From assembly GCA_016840855.1 (NCBI GenBank), contig JAEORO010000025.1, positions 1-57,331 on the forward strand: a stretch of 57,331 nucleotides of DNA, read 5' to 3'. The notes under the pieces are model-generated. The model did not search any database. It was not told the origin of the DNA and saw only the letters and a list, made by a program, of their open reading frames with translations. Position numbers and translations under genes: made by a program. Origin of the DNA: Candidatus Thorarchaeota archaeon (GTDB lineage: Archaea > Asgardarchaeota > Thorarchaeia > Thorarchaeales > Thorarchaeaceae). Below, in pieces: positions 28,161 to 37,967 of the stretch. How positions within the stretch are numbered: position 1 is the stretch's first letter; every line of letters begins with the position of its first letter.

Positions 28161-28269
28161 CACTAACGGTTTGGCGAACACACAGACAACCTTTTAAACG
28201 CCCTAGGAATGACCTTGATTTGAATCTTGCAAGATGCTATGTTCTAACTTGCTGGAGTGATATTCGACA

Positions 28270-29010
28270 ATGTTCCCAACACAGAGCATGGGTTATGACC
28301 GAGCTATCACTGTATTCAGTCCAGAAGGTCGACTGTATCAGGTAGAATACGCTACGGAAGCAGTTCGTCACGGACCACTCGCAGTGGGAGTCAAGGCAAC
28401 AAATGGTGTAGTCTTGGTAGGAGAGAAACGTGCTCCACATCCAATGGCTGATCTTGACTCGCTCAAGAAAATACTACTTATCGATGATCATGTGGGAACA
28501 GCAATTGCTGGTCTGCATGCAGATGCTAGAAAGTTGATAGACCAAGCTCGTGTTCAAGCTCAAATCAATAGACTTAGCTATGATGAACCAATATCAATCT
28601 CTTCATTAGTTGTTAACATATGTGATACAAAACAACTTCATACTCAGTATGGTGGAGTTCGACCCTATGGAGTATCTCTCCTTGTTGCTGGTGTTGACGA
28701 TCATGGTCCTCAACTATATACGACTGACCCATCTGGTTCATTCTGGGGGTGGAAAGCAGCTGCTATTGGAAAAGAAGCTGATGTAGTTCGCGATTTCTTT
28801 GGTGAAAAGTACAAAGATTCAATCTCTCTGGATGGAGCACTTGAATTAGCAATTGAGGGGCTTTTGAAAACGACTGATAAAGCTGATATTGAACCTGAGG
28901 AAAAGGCAAAGACTCTTGAGATTGGTAGAATCGACACTAAAGAGAAACTCTTCACAATTTTGAGCCAGGACGAAGTTGAAACGATATTGAAGACAAGACT
29001 AGCGAGTTGA
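28270..29010 (+). CDS. psmA: Proteasome subunit alpha
   Basis: GYDRAITVFSPEGRLYQVEYA signature; TQYGGVRPYGVSLL; TDPSG. Confidence 0.97.
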   Translation: MFPTQSMGYDRAITVFSPEGRLYQVEYATEAVRHGPLAVGVKATNGVVLVGEKRAPHPMADLDSLKKILLIDDHVGTAIAGLHADARKLIDQARVQAQINRLSYDEPISISSLVVNICDTKQLHTQYGGVRPYGVSLLVAGVDDHGPQLYTTDPSGSFWGWKAAAIGKEADVVRDFFGEKYKDSISLDGALELAIEGLLKTTDKADIEPEEKAKTLEIGRIDTKEKLFTILSQDEVETILKTRLAS

Positions 29011-29904
29011 TTTTTCTATTAGTCTGTTGATAATTAACGAGGCTATGTCAATCTTTGTAACTCGCGATAGTGCACTCCATGAAGGGGCTGCATTTGCTTC
29101 GATCACACATGGTCCATCTGGAGACTCTATGATATCAATACCAGTGTAGTCTAATTTCAGAACGTCTGCAGTCTTGATTGCACATTCTTCATATTCCGGT
29201 GTTAAAGTAGTCAGTTCTGCTCTCCCTCCACCATGCACATTTGTTCTCCATTCTCCTTCAACTCCTTCTGGAATATATCTATACATTGCACCAATTAGCT
29301 CTCCCCCAATTACGAAAGCTCTGATGTCCCGTTCTGGTTTATCAATAACCTCTTGCACGTATAATACTTGACCTAGTTGATGAATGAATTTCATAGCTCT
29401 GTATGTGAGTTCACGATGTTCAGCTCTAATTGCTCCCATCCCTCGTGCACCTATTAATGGTTTAACAATGACATCTCCAACCTTATCGACAAATTCGATT
29501 GCAGCCTCGAGATTCTCTCCAATGTAGGTTTGGGGGACCTTTATTCCCGCCTTATGAAGTGCTGTCAAAGTTGCATACTTGTCCTTTGCTCTTCTAAAAG
29601 AGTATGCAGGGTTCATCACATAGATACCTGCATCTTCAAAATGCTCCAATAGGCTTATTCTGAATGTTATTTGGTCCCCAGTACCGAATCCAATGGTTCT
29701 GACTAATACTCCATTCATGTCCGATATATCTTCATCTTCCAAATGAGTGAATTTGTTCGGGAGCTGAGCAGAAACATCTGGGAGTCTAAATGGTTTCACG
29801 ACATGTCCTTTTGCTTCAATTGCTTCTATTAGACTCTTGGTTGCCCAATTGTTTATGTTTTCATGATAAATGACTCCAAATTTTAACATGGACATGGGTA
29901 TCAC
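28999..29904 (-). CDS. RimK/LysX/MptN-family ATP-grasp amino-acid ligase
   Basis: DKYAT, VIVKPLIGARGMG, YVQE, DIRAFVIG, WRTNVHGGG, GIDIIE, IEANAAP. Confidence 0.9.
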   Translation of the reverse strand: MIPMSMLKFGVIYHENINNWATKSLIEAIEAKGHVVKPFRLPDVSAQLPNKFTHLEDEDISDMNGVLVRTIGFGTGDQITFRISLLEHFEDAGIYVMNPAYSFRRAKDKYATLTALHKAGIKVPQTYIGENLEAAIEFVDKVGDVIVKPLIGARGMGAIRAEHRELTYRAMKFIHQLGQVLYVQEVIDKPERDIRAFVIGGELIGAMYRYIPEGVEGEWRTNVHGGGRAELTTLTPEYEECAIKTADVLKLDYTGIDIIESPDGPCVIEANAAPSWSALSRVTKIDIASLIINRLIEKSTR

Positions 29905-30036
29905 CTGAAAGGACTATTCACTGGGATTTGATTCTCAGTTAAAAGGACTATCCACGATCCTTCTTCTCGATTTTAGACAAACCCAAATACTTTCCAAGTA
30001 TTATTCAATACAGGGAATATATCCGAGTGGCTTTCT

Positions 30037-31044
30037 ATGATAAATGAGCTGATGGAATTATCTGAGAAACTTATTATTGAGCGCAAACAGGATCCCGTTC
30101 TTTTAGCTCGTATGGAGCTTGCCGCTCAGGGACAATCTCCTCAGTTCTTACTAATTTCTCCAATAACCCGAAGTGGTCAGGATTTACAACTCTTCAGTAT
30201 GAATCAAGGTGATGCACTTCATGCAAGTAGAGTACCAAATAATGCGTTACTACCCCCTGACCTAGCTCCAACTTTATTCAAGGGTCCTGCTTCTTATAAT
30301 AGTAAATTCCCTATCAAGAGAGGGGTTATTGTCACATTTGATATTGATGAATCATTGGAAATAATTCGTGAAACTATTGAAAACATCACACATCACCCTG
30401 ATTTACGCTCATTACCAATTCTTGCGTTTCAAGTAAACTATGAGAATGGACGAGTAAAAATCATAGTTCATGGGAGAGGTCGTAATTATGAATATGAGAA
30501 CAAGTTCATGCATAGGATTAGGATCCCCGATGAATTAGATGATAGTCTTCTCGTACTAATTTGTTCAGACTCTAGAGTTAGCCCTCCTAATTCATCCAAA
30601 GGAGTTCCAATGTCAATCCCGACATTAGGCGGATATATCCCTGAATATCGTCATAATGGGGACGAAACTAGCCAACTGAACCATTTCTTTGAAAAATGGC
30701 TCTCATCAGGTGAAGAAACAAAACGGATATTGATTGTTGCTCATGGCAACTTTGAAGGAGAGGGTTCATCATGCAGCGCGGGAATTGCTTCACTAAATCC
30801 GCAAACAATTTCAAATCCCTCACTTCGACCTGTAATAGAAGAACTAGTACGAGCTGCATCTGTTTTTGAGATTTCTCCTCCCCAAAGTCCTGAAGATCGG
30901 GTGAAGTCGCTAACAAAAGCAACCAAGGCGAATCTTCTTACTTATCCCGCTATTAAAGAGCATCATGACATATACCGACTTGAAATAGAAGAATTGTTGA
31001 TGGATACAGTCACAAATACCCTGTTTCAATTTGATGGAATATGA
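30037..31044 (+). CDS. Two-domain beta-carbonic anhydrase-like protein
   Basis: C-half LICSDSRV and VAHG...CSAG; N-half GQSPQFLLISPITRS resembles a decayed GQxP..CxDSR motif. Confidence 0.55.
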   Translation: MINELMELSEKLIIERKQDPVLLARMELAAQGQSPQFLLISPITRSGQDLQLFSMNQGDALHASRVPNNALLPPDLAPTLFKGPASYNSKFPIKRGVIVTFDIDESLEIIRETIENITHHPDLRSLPILAFQVNYENGRVKIIVHGRGRNYEYENKFMHRIRIPDELDDSLLVLICSDSRVSPPNSSKGVPMSIPTLGGYIPEYRHNGDETSQLNHFFEKWLSSGEETKRILIVAHGNFEGEGSSCSAGIASLNPQTISNPSLRPVIEELVRAASVFEISPPQSPEDRVKSLTKATKANLLTYPAIKEHHDIYRLEIEELLMDTVTNTLFQFDGI

Positions 31045-31712
31045 TAATGACTCGTGTAGGTAACGATGAGATCTTCATATTGATCAATATCTAGAATGAA
31101 TGAATTAAGTTTGAAAATAGGTACAACTGGTACGCCCTCATGAAGTTCTACATCTTCTACCAACCAAGTAACAATCACCGGAATTAATTGGTATTCTCCT
31201 TCTTTTGGTATCTGAATTCTATTAGACAGACTATCTAATTCAGTTTTCAGCTCCTGCGTTCTTTCTTTTTGTTTCTCTGCAGCCGTTTTAAGCGCAGATG
31301 TTTTGCCAGTTCGAATACTCCACATCTTCGCATCAATGGCAATGATAGTATTGCCTTTCAAGCCAATAACATCAATTTCCATTCCTTTAATCAACGAATT
31401 TCCTCTTCTACGAAAACTCTCAACACATTCATAGTTATTCTCAATCAGGATTGAAGCAACAAACCCCTCAAAATCTTTCCAAGTCAGGAGTTCAACTATC
31501 TCAGACAAATTGGCTCCTAGTTGTATAGCTTTCTTGGCAAGTGTGATTCTTTGTACCCTATCAATACAATGGAACTTTTTCTCATCTTGCATCATCCCAA
31601 GTAGCTCAAAGACCTCATCATTCAATTTGTTAGTTTCTGCTAACTCTCCACTCTCTTTTGTTTGCTTGAGAATTTCGATTATGGAATTGCGAATATTTGA
31701 TATCATCTTCAC
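31026..31712 (-). CDS. Mrr/NERD-like PD-(D/E)xK endonuclease-family protein
   Basis: LTWKDFEGFVASIL, EIDVIG...IDAKMW, VPVVPIFKLNSF. Confidence 0.75.
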   Translation of the reverse strand: MKMISNIRNSIIEILKQTKESGELAETNKLNDEVFELLGMMQDEKKFHCIDRVQRITLAKKAIQLGANLSEIVELLTWKDFEGFVASILIENNYECVESFRRRGNSLIKGMEIDVIGLKGNTIIAIDAKMWSIRTGKTSALKTAAEKQKERTQELKTELDSLSNRIQIPKEGEYQLIPVIVTWLVEDVELHEGVPVVPIFKLNSFILDIDQYEDLIVTYTSHYHIPSN

Positions 31713-31770
31713 ATTTCTTCTACCGCGCTAGTTTATAACCTCAATTGATGACAGTGATTTAGGTGGGCCT

Positions 31771-32259
31771 ATGTCTGAGTATGACGGATGGCGTCGTGTC
31801 CTTGACGCATTTGAAAATTGGATATACTATGAGAGCACAGAATTTGGGCCATATACAGCCTATTTTTCATTAGAGAATCTGCAAGATCTCACTAGTAGAG
31901 AAAGAATTAGCTGGATGCAATCTATGTATGATGAGATTATACCCGGACGTGTAGAGAAGTGTAGAAATGCTGGAGTTGCTTTCGAGGACTTTCTTCCCTA
32001 CATGCCAGACCCAGCTGCCCGTGAAGTAGTTCAATCAATGATTGATTTAACGCAGGTTCTCTCTGATGAAATGCTTGGGATGAGCGACACAATGCATTCA
32101 ATGAAAGAGGAATATGAATCAGGTGGGCTCGAAGAACTTGTGTCTTTTCTTACAGATCTTGCAGATGCAGAAGAAAGTATTAGACATCACATGAGTCTTT
32201 TCAGTCAAGGATTTGGAAAGCTCCGGAGCATGGGACTTGAAATGCCTGAACTTGAATAG
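31771..32259 (+). CDS. Acidic alpha-helical hypothetical protein
   Basis: 162-aa ORF with AGGTGG SD and a TATA-like TTTATAA upstream. Confidence 0.65.
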   Translation: MSEYDGWRRVLDAFENWIYYESTEFGPYTAYFSLENLQDLTSRERISWMQSMYDEIIPGRVEKCRNAGVAFEDFLPYMPDPAAREVVQSMIDLTQVLSDEMLGMSDTMHSMKEEYESGGLEELVSFLTDLADAEESIRHHMSLFSQGFGKLRSMGLEMPELE

Positions 32260-32354
32260 GTTCGCAATTAACCGGAAGTAGCATTACAGGGAAAATTTAA
32301 GTACAAACATCAATTTGCTCAAACTGACCCAAAACAAACGAGGTGAAAAACGCA

Positions 32355-32471
32355 ATGGGTACCGAAACAACAACCACTGCCCATCGATATCGGGTCTCGA
32401 ACACAAAAGGTGACTACCATCCAGCAGGTGACTGCCAAATTAGGTCACGAGGTGAATGTGTTCTTAAGTGA
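32355..32471 (+). CDS. Possible 38-aa upstream/leader ORF (MGTETTTTAHRYRVSNTKGDYHPAGDCQIRSRGECVLK)
   Basis: AGGTGA SD at 32341 ahead of ATG 32355; overlaps the next gene in a different frame. Confidence 0.35.
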   Translation: MGTETTTTAHRYRVSNTKGDYHPAGDCQIRSRGECVLK

Positions 32472-32790
32472 CCGTGAGGTCTCCACAACTGCTTTTCAAA
32501 GTCTTGCTGCATCGTTCTTCAGATTAGCAGAAGCTAGGTTGAGCGATACGCAAAAGCAGGTACTAAGAATGAGTAACAAGCTGCTGAACTTTAATGAGCT
32601 GACATTGACAGCTCTTGCGGACCAAGTTTCGCGCAGAAGTACTTTACCCTATAGCACTGTGAAGTGGAACTTACGCTCTCTGAAGAATATGGGCTTGCTG
32701 ACTGGTGGAACTCTTAGTAGTAAAGGGCAGCTAGCCTGTTTAACAAAAGAAGCCCGGATGCTGGCAGACTACTTAGAGGGCAACCTCTAG
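32410..32790 (+). CDS. Winged-helix DNA-binding protein
   Basis: LTALADQVSRRSTLPYSTVKWNLRSLKNMGLL...LTKEA; true start uncertain (possibly GTG 32458). Confidence 0.75.
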   Translation: MTTIQQVTAKLGHEVNVFLSDREVSTTAFQSLAASFFRLAEARLSDTQKQVLRMSNKLLNFNELTLTALADQVSRRSTLPYSTVKWNLRSLKNMGLLTGGTLSSKGQLACLTKEARMLADYLEGNL

Positions 32791-32793
32791 TAC

Positions 32794-32828
32794 AAGGGGA
32801 CACCTACTGTCCCCTTCCTATCTTTTTT
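32794..32828 (+). terminator. Hairpin plus T-tract terminator
   Basis: AAGGGGACA-CCTAC-TGTCCCCTT (9-bp stem) followed by CCTATCTTTTTT. Confidence 0.7.
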
Positions 32829-32900
32829 CATAGCTCTAAAAAGAAGAAATCGGGTGCTGCCCGGTTCTCTACAAGAACTGCGTTGCTTTACGTTCTTGTG

Positions 32901-33617
32901 TCATCGTATCTTCTTCTCAAAGAGCTTCCATCCGTCAGGGATAAGCGCCTTGACCTCATCAAGACTGGTCGATGATGTGATCACGATGTCGACTGATTTA
33001 CTTTCTCCGGGAACCAAATTTCCAAGATTCCACTGAAGTCCAGTCGCCACGTCCATTGGCCCAAGCTCGAGATTGTTTTGTAAATCTGGGAATTCTTCAC
33101 TCACTATCAGTTTTGCTGGTGCTGAGATTTCCCATCGGTCTGGTTCCGGACGTGATGCTAGTGCTACAATTAGAGGGTTTCCATCATATACCAGCATTGT
33201 GCTGGTTTCCTGGTCATAGACACCAACATCGTCTTTGTAGCTAGCTGGACCTCCTATATCAAAGTCCATGAATTCAAATAGCTTCATGTTATTGATTGGT
33301 TGTTCGGTCACATTTCTCGTCTTATGCCGTATAAGCAGCATGGGTTTGTTATGACTCCAAACTTGAATGTCCGTTTGTATCGCTGGCACTCCATCCAATA
33401 ACGGTGAATGACTTAGAGATACCTCAAGCATTCCTTTACCAGTCATTGCTTTTTCTAGGGAGAAAGAGTCATTCTCAGTAGACGCAGCCATGCAGAACAT
33501 CTCATCCACATAGTATGTCAACCAGAATCCACCCTTATACCCTGCTGGATTCCGAAGTAACAGCCGATCCTTTCCGCGGGAATCTATCAGACTGAGGCGC
33601 TTCATGAAGAAACCCAA
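32901..33617 (-). CDS. Hypothetical beta-sandwich protein (carbohydrate-active N-terminal-domain-like)
   Basis: FEFMDFDIGG, DVATGLQWNLGNLVPGESKSVDI; tentative. Confidence 0.6.
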   Translation of the reverse strand: MGFFMKRLSLIDSRGKDRLLLRNPAGYKGGFWLTYYVDEMFCMAASTENDSFSLEKAMTGKGMLEVSLSHSPLLDGVPAIQTDIQVWSHNKPMLLIRHKTRNVTEQPINNMKLFEFMDFDIGGPASYKDDVGVYDQETSTMLVYDGNPLIVALASRPEPDRWEISAPAKLIVSEEFPDLQNNLELGPMDVATGLQWNLGNLVPGESKSVDIVITSSTSLDEVKALIPDGWKLFEKKIR

Positions 33618-33836
33618 ACTACCTCGTCCTCAGGTTACACACTCGACACAGTATGTGAGGTCTAACCTTGGCTTTCGGTTGCCAGTTTCTAAGGTCTCAG
33701 ACATGACCGATCACGCTACCTATGCTAAAGAAACCTATCTCTCTCCTGATATAAACGTCATGCTATCTCAGATATGGTTCAGTAAGTCATAGTTCATAAA
33801 GTTGATAAACCACCCACTATCCCGTGACACGTCTAG

Positions 33837-35078
33837 GTGCATTTTCATATGACAAATCTCACTGTCGAACAACTCCAGAAGTGGTACAAAAAACGGCTTG
33901 TAGACAAATCTAAGGATTTCATTAAGCAAGCTGAGAAAAGCTATCGAATTGTAGAAACCACCTTGAAAGACATTGAGAAGTTATCAAAAGAGTTCAAGGA
34001 TGAAGAAGATGAAGAACTCGAATCTGGAACCATAGCGACACGATTTGCACAAAAGGTTGAGGAGATTGTTTCTGATTTTTATCTTGGCAAGGAAATCACG
34101 TATGAAAACACAGAAGCAATGCAGGCTGAAATTCAACGCTTTATACAAGAATTATGGGGTGCTGGTGCTCGATGGATTCGAAGGATGGATAAGCGTTACA
34201 AGAATGTCATCAAGACCCTCGACACATACATGAAAGAACTCGCTCGGGAAATGAATAAGATAAGCAAACTACTGTATGAATTCAGTTGGGTCAAAGATCT
34301 CGAACGAATTGGAGGTCGTATTAAAACACTGCACGAATTAACCTTCAGTAAAGAGATATTTGAAGAACAAATTCGGCAAGTTCGCCAGAAGATTGAAACT
34401 GCAAAATCCGAATTCGAGTCTGCAAAGAAAGCATATAGTGAATTCTCTGAAACATCCAATGTTGCAGAACTGCTTAGTTTAGATGAACAAGCTGAACATA
34501 TTGGGAGTATTCTGAGGATGAAACTTAATCCACTGAAGAAACAAGTAAAGAAATTCTTCCAACATGATACTGGCATCCGTGTGAGTCCCGTGGGCCAGAA
34601 AGCTTTGACCGATTATTTTGAAGATCCCTACAAAGCAATCGCAGAAGAGTCAGAGGGATATCCTGGACTTAATGAGGGACTAACCGGATTACGTGAAGCA
34701 ATAGAAAGAGGAAAATTGCCTCTCAAAGATCGACTTGCTAGGAGAGCAATAGAAGAAGTTGAGGCAATACAGAATGGTGGCTTACAAAAACTTCAGAATC
34801 AAGCAAAGGAGGTTGAGAACAAGCGTCATACATACGCAGGCTCTGATGTTTACGCAAAGAATGAAAATCTCCAAAATGCAGTAAATGAGGCTAAAAAGAA
34901 TCTAGAATACCATCATAATGATATGTTACGAATTAGAGATGAAATCACGAAGCAGATTGACAAGGTCAAGGAATTCAAGAACCGCATTGAAACAGAGATT
35001 CTTAGTGCATTCAATGAGAAAGTCACAATACAGATTGAAGTCAGTTTAGAACCACTGCTAGATATGTGCCAAATATAA
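33837..35078 (+). CDS. Long coiled-coil hypothetical protein
   Basis: 413 aa, E/K-rich heptad helices; no catalytic motif seen. Confidence 0.75.
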   Translation: MHFHMTNLTVEQLQKWYKKRLVDKSKDFIKQAEKSYRIVETTLKDIEKLSKEFKDEEDEELESGTIATRFAQKVEEIVSDFYLGKEITYENTEAMQAEIQRFIQELWGAGARWIRRMDKRYKNVIKTLDTYMKELAREMNKISKLLYEFSWVKDLERIGGRIKTLHELTFSKEIFEEQIRQVRQKIETAKSEFESAKKAYSEFSETSNVAELLSLDEQAEHIGSILRMKLNPLKKQVKKFFQHDTGIRVSPVGQKALTDYFEDPYKAIAEESEGYPGLNEGLTGLREAIERGKLPLKDRLARRAIEEVEAIQNGGLQKLQNQAKEVENKRHTYAGSDVYAKNENLQNAVNEAKKNLEYHHNDMLRIRDEITKQIDKVKEFKNRIETEILSAFNEKVTIQIEVSLEPLLDMCQI

Positions 35079-35923
35079 CTAGATTGGGGAAAAGGACTTT
35101 GAGAATTCTCGTCACTTCAGAACAAGATATTGCTAGTATGACAATAAAAGACATTCTTATTTCTGAATATGGGTTCTCTCAGACAAAAGAAACCTTCGAA
35201 GGCAATCCAATTTTTTCGATAAGCGAGAATGTCAAGATTATCACAACAAATCGAGATATGATTCATTGCGACCATCTTGAAAATCATTTTGAAACAGAAG
35301 CATTCATTTTTTGTTCAAGACATCGTGCTGAATCAGGAAGACCTGCTCTATTGGTCCATAGTACCGGGAATCTGGGTCCCGAAGCACTATTTGGAGGAAA
35401 ACCATACCAACTTTCTGTATCTGCCCCTTCGCTTGTTTCAACTGCATTAAAGAAGTTGAATGAAGAGCGTAACTGTCTTGGACTAAATGAATTCGATGTA
35501 TCCCTAGAAGTGACTCATCATGGTCCTACATCAATGAAGACGCCGCTTGTTTTTATTGAGCTAGGAAGCTCGGAAGAATATTGGACTCATAAAGAAGGCG
35601 CTAGTGCTGTTGCTGCAGCAGTAATGGATTGTACTAGCGAATCCCTATCTGGCGACTCAGTAATTGGTTTTGGAGGCACTCATTATGCGAGCAAGTTTAA
35701 CAAGATTGTACTAGAAAACAATTACAAGATAGGTCATATCGCCCCCAAACATGCCATAAATGGTTTGACAGAGGATGTTCTGAATCAAATGATTACCCGA
35801 TCGTCAAATCCGATAAAATGTGCTATCATCGATTGGAAAGGCATGAATGCAGAAAATAAGGCACATGTTCTTCCTATGCTTGAAGGTGCTAACATAGAAG
35901 TAATTCGTGCAAAGAATGCGTAA
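35066..35923 (+). CDS. dtdA: D-aminoacyl-tRNA deacylase (archaeal DTD2/GEK1 type)
   Basis: SRH, LLVHSTGN, EVTHHGPT, FIELGS, GFGGTHYA, GHIAPK, IDWKG; real start probably TTG about 35099. Confidence 0.92.
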   Translation: MPNITRLGKRTLRILVTSEQDIASMTIKDILISEYGFSQTKETFEGNPIFSISENVKIITTNRDMIHCDHLENHFETEAFIFCSRHRAESGRPALLVHSTGNLGPEALFGGKPYQLSVSAPSLVSTALKKLNEERNCLGLNEFDVSLEVTHHGPTSMKTPLVFIELGSSEEYWTHKEGASAVAAAVMDCTSESLSGDSVIGFGGTHYASKFNKIVLENNYKIGHIAPKHAINGLTEDVLNQMITRSSNPIKCAIIDWKGMNAENKAHVLPMLEGANIEVIRAKNA

Positions 35924-36048
35924 TTCTGTGCAGAAACTCATATTTTTTCAAAAAAAACCATCTTTCAATCGAGTGACTACATTCCCGAAAGCCTAATTAC
36001 ACTCTCCGACACACAACGGACATTATCGCCACCTAAGTAGGGGATGCT

Positions 36049-36942
36049 ATGGTCACAGAGAAGATTGATGTTGGCATCGAAGATATCCAAGAGAAAGTAG
36101 ACAAACTGTCTGATGAACTTGCCACTCTACGTGATGAGCTAAAAGAGCTTGATACTCTAAAAGAGCTTGATAAGAAGCTTGATGACCTCACTAAATCTTT
36201 GAAAGGAATAGAATCCAAGAAGCTTGATGACATTGCTAAGTCAGTCGCTGATATTGATTCTGCAGTAAAAGAAATGGAAGATTCGAAAGAATCCACAGTA
36301 ATCATAAAGAAGCTTGATGATATGTTAATATCTTTGGCAGATATCGATGCGGTGCCTAAAAGACTAGATGACCTTCAGAATTACATTGCTGGTCTTTCTA
36401 CTATTGAAGATAAGGTTCAGGATCTCTCTGGTAAGTTTGAGGAAACAAATGAGATTGTAGGAATTATTGTACGTCAACTAGATGATATTGAACGGAAATA
36501 CAATGTAGCAATTGATAAGGTCACTGAGGCTGTTGATGCCCTTTCATCTTTTATTCAGAATCAAGATGCTCGATCTGCGGAAGTTGCCAAACCTGCGAAG
36601 AAACCACCTTCTGAAACTGAACCTGAAGAGAAACCCAAGGTCAAAGCTCTAGATAAGGCTAGTTTACCATCAACAATTGACGCACTGATGGATGACTTGA
36701 TGGCTCTTGTTGTGCCACAGACTGAAGCCGCAGAGATGGCTGAATCGCTTGAAGCAGTACGCGACAAGCTTACCACCATGATTAAGGGACACACTCCAGT
36801 TCTATTCCAATTTGGTAAACGTGCTCGTGAACTCAAATCATATCCCCCCACTGCAACATTGAATGAGAATGATATTGCTAGTCTAAGTAGAGAAATTAAA
36901 TCATGGAAAATAAAACTTAAAGAAATGGCTGACAGCAGCTAA
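36049..36942 (+). CDS. Coiled-coil protein with Pro/Lys linker and C-terminal helical domain
   Basis: Repeated KKLDD heptads; PAKKPPSETEPEEKP linker. Confidence 0.75.
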   Translation: MVTEKIDVGIEDIQEKVDKLSDELATLRDELKELDTLKELDKKLDDLTKSLKGIESKKLDDIAKSVADIDSAVKEMEDSKESTVIIKKLDDMLISLADIDAVPKRLDDLQNYIAGLSTIEDKVQDLSGKFEETNEIVGIIVRQLDDIERKYNVAIDKVTEAVDALSSFIQNQDARSAEVAKPAKKPPSETEPEEKPKVKALDKASLPSTIDALMDDLMALVVPQTEAAEMAESLEAVRDKLTTMIKGHTPVLFQFGKRARELKSYPPTATLNENDIASLSREIKSWKIKLKEMADSS

Positions 36943-37048
36943 TCCGCCTTGATTTTTCATCTCATTATATGGTTTGATAAAACAAGGTTTATTTCTATTA
37001 AACAACAATGCGCAACTTGACTCACTTTCAGTGATTCAATAGTACTCA

Positions 37049-37912
37049 TTGAGTTGGATTTTTTCCATCTCTTTCAGATACAAGACTTCAGTGGATTTGA
37101 CGATTATGAATGTTAGGAAACATAACCAAGAATTCGCACAACGATTAGACCTCCTTGATGGCACAGCTGATACACAGCTAGCTCTAGAACTCATTGAGCT
37201 TCATGAGAAGAAGTGTACAGTGTGCCAAGAAGATCGACTAGGTTGTACTGTGAGACCTGCATGTATGAATAGGAATTATCTCAATGCTCTCATCGAGATA
37301 GGCGTCAATCCACAAGATTTGCCAGGATTTTGCTACAGTCAACACCTTGAACAGATACGTCGCTTTATTCTTGAAAAGAAAGGACGAGAAATGACTGATA
37401 GACGAATTCCAATCAAAGATTTGCTATCGATATTGGGAGTTAGTTCCATACGTCATTTCACTACCAAATTCAAGAAAGAGTGGAAAGGATTCTCCTCAGC
37501 ACATGAAGAGAATGTTATGATTGTGAAAGGAGATAATCTGATATTTCACTTTGATTTTGCAAGAGGAATTGTCACCCTCAATCCTCGAAATGATCCAATT
37601 CAAAATTTCGAGGTGTTTAATCTCTATTGTCAGATTTTCTCAAACTATTATGGTCTGAAAATATCGGTCACCGATTTGACTCTAACCTGGTGGCTCCTCT
37701 CGATCAATGTTGAGGGGCTTACTCCGAGTAGTGTAAAGAATCAACTGAAAGCTGGATCAGTAAAAGGCTTTGATGCTATCTATACTTCTGAAACAGATGA
37801 TTCTATCAAAATCCATGCTGAAGTTATAGCTGGAGAGGAATCATCAAATCTTGAAGTAGGTCAATTGAGAAACCTGTTCATACGAGTATCAAAGTTTGAG
37901 AAGCAAGAATGA
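37049..37912 (+). CDS. Cys-cluster hypothetical protein
   Basis: CTVC-x6-C-x5-C...FCY; likely start ATG 37106. Confidence 0.65.
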   Translation: MSWIFSISFRYKTSVDLTIMNVRKHNQEFAQRLDLLDGTADTQLALELIELHEKKCTVCQEDRLGCTVRPACMNRNYLNALIEIGVNPQDLPGFCYSQHLEQIRRFILEKKGREMTDRRIPIKDLLSILGVSSIRHFTTKFKKEWKGFSSAHEENVMIVKGDNLIFHFDFARGIVTLNPRNDPIQNFEVFNLYCQIFSNYYGLKISVTDLTLTWWLLSINVEGLTPSSVKNQLKAGSVKGFDAIYTSETDDSIKIHAEVIAGEESSNLEVGQLRNLFIRVSKFEKQE

Positions 37913-37967
37913 ACTGACAACAATCATACTATGTTATGGTTTCTCTTGTCAGTGGTGGGATGCGTAA

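Noticed and set aside
24405-31712. Methyltransferase plus PD-(D/E)xK nuclease as a restriction-modification system
   Set aside because: They are about 6 kb apart with unrelated housekeeping genes between
33660-33702. Bulged hairpin in an intergenic region, considered as a SECIS or riboswitch
   Set aside because: Short stems, no convincing SECIS core, and no in-frame TGA selenoprotein candidate in the neighbouring genes
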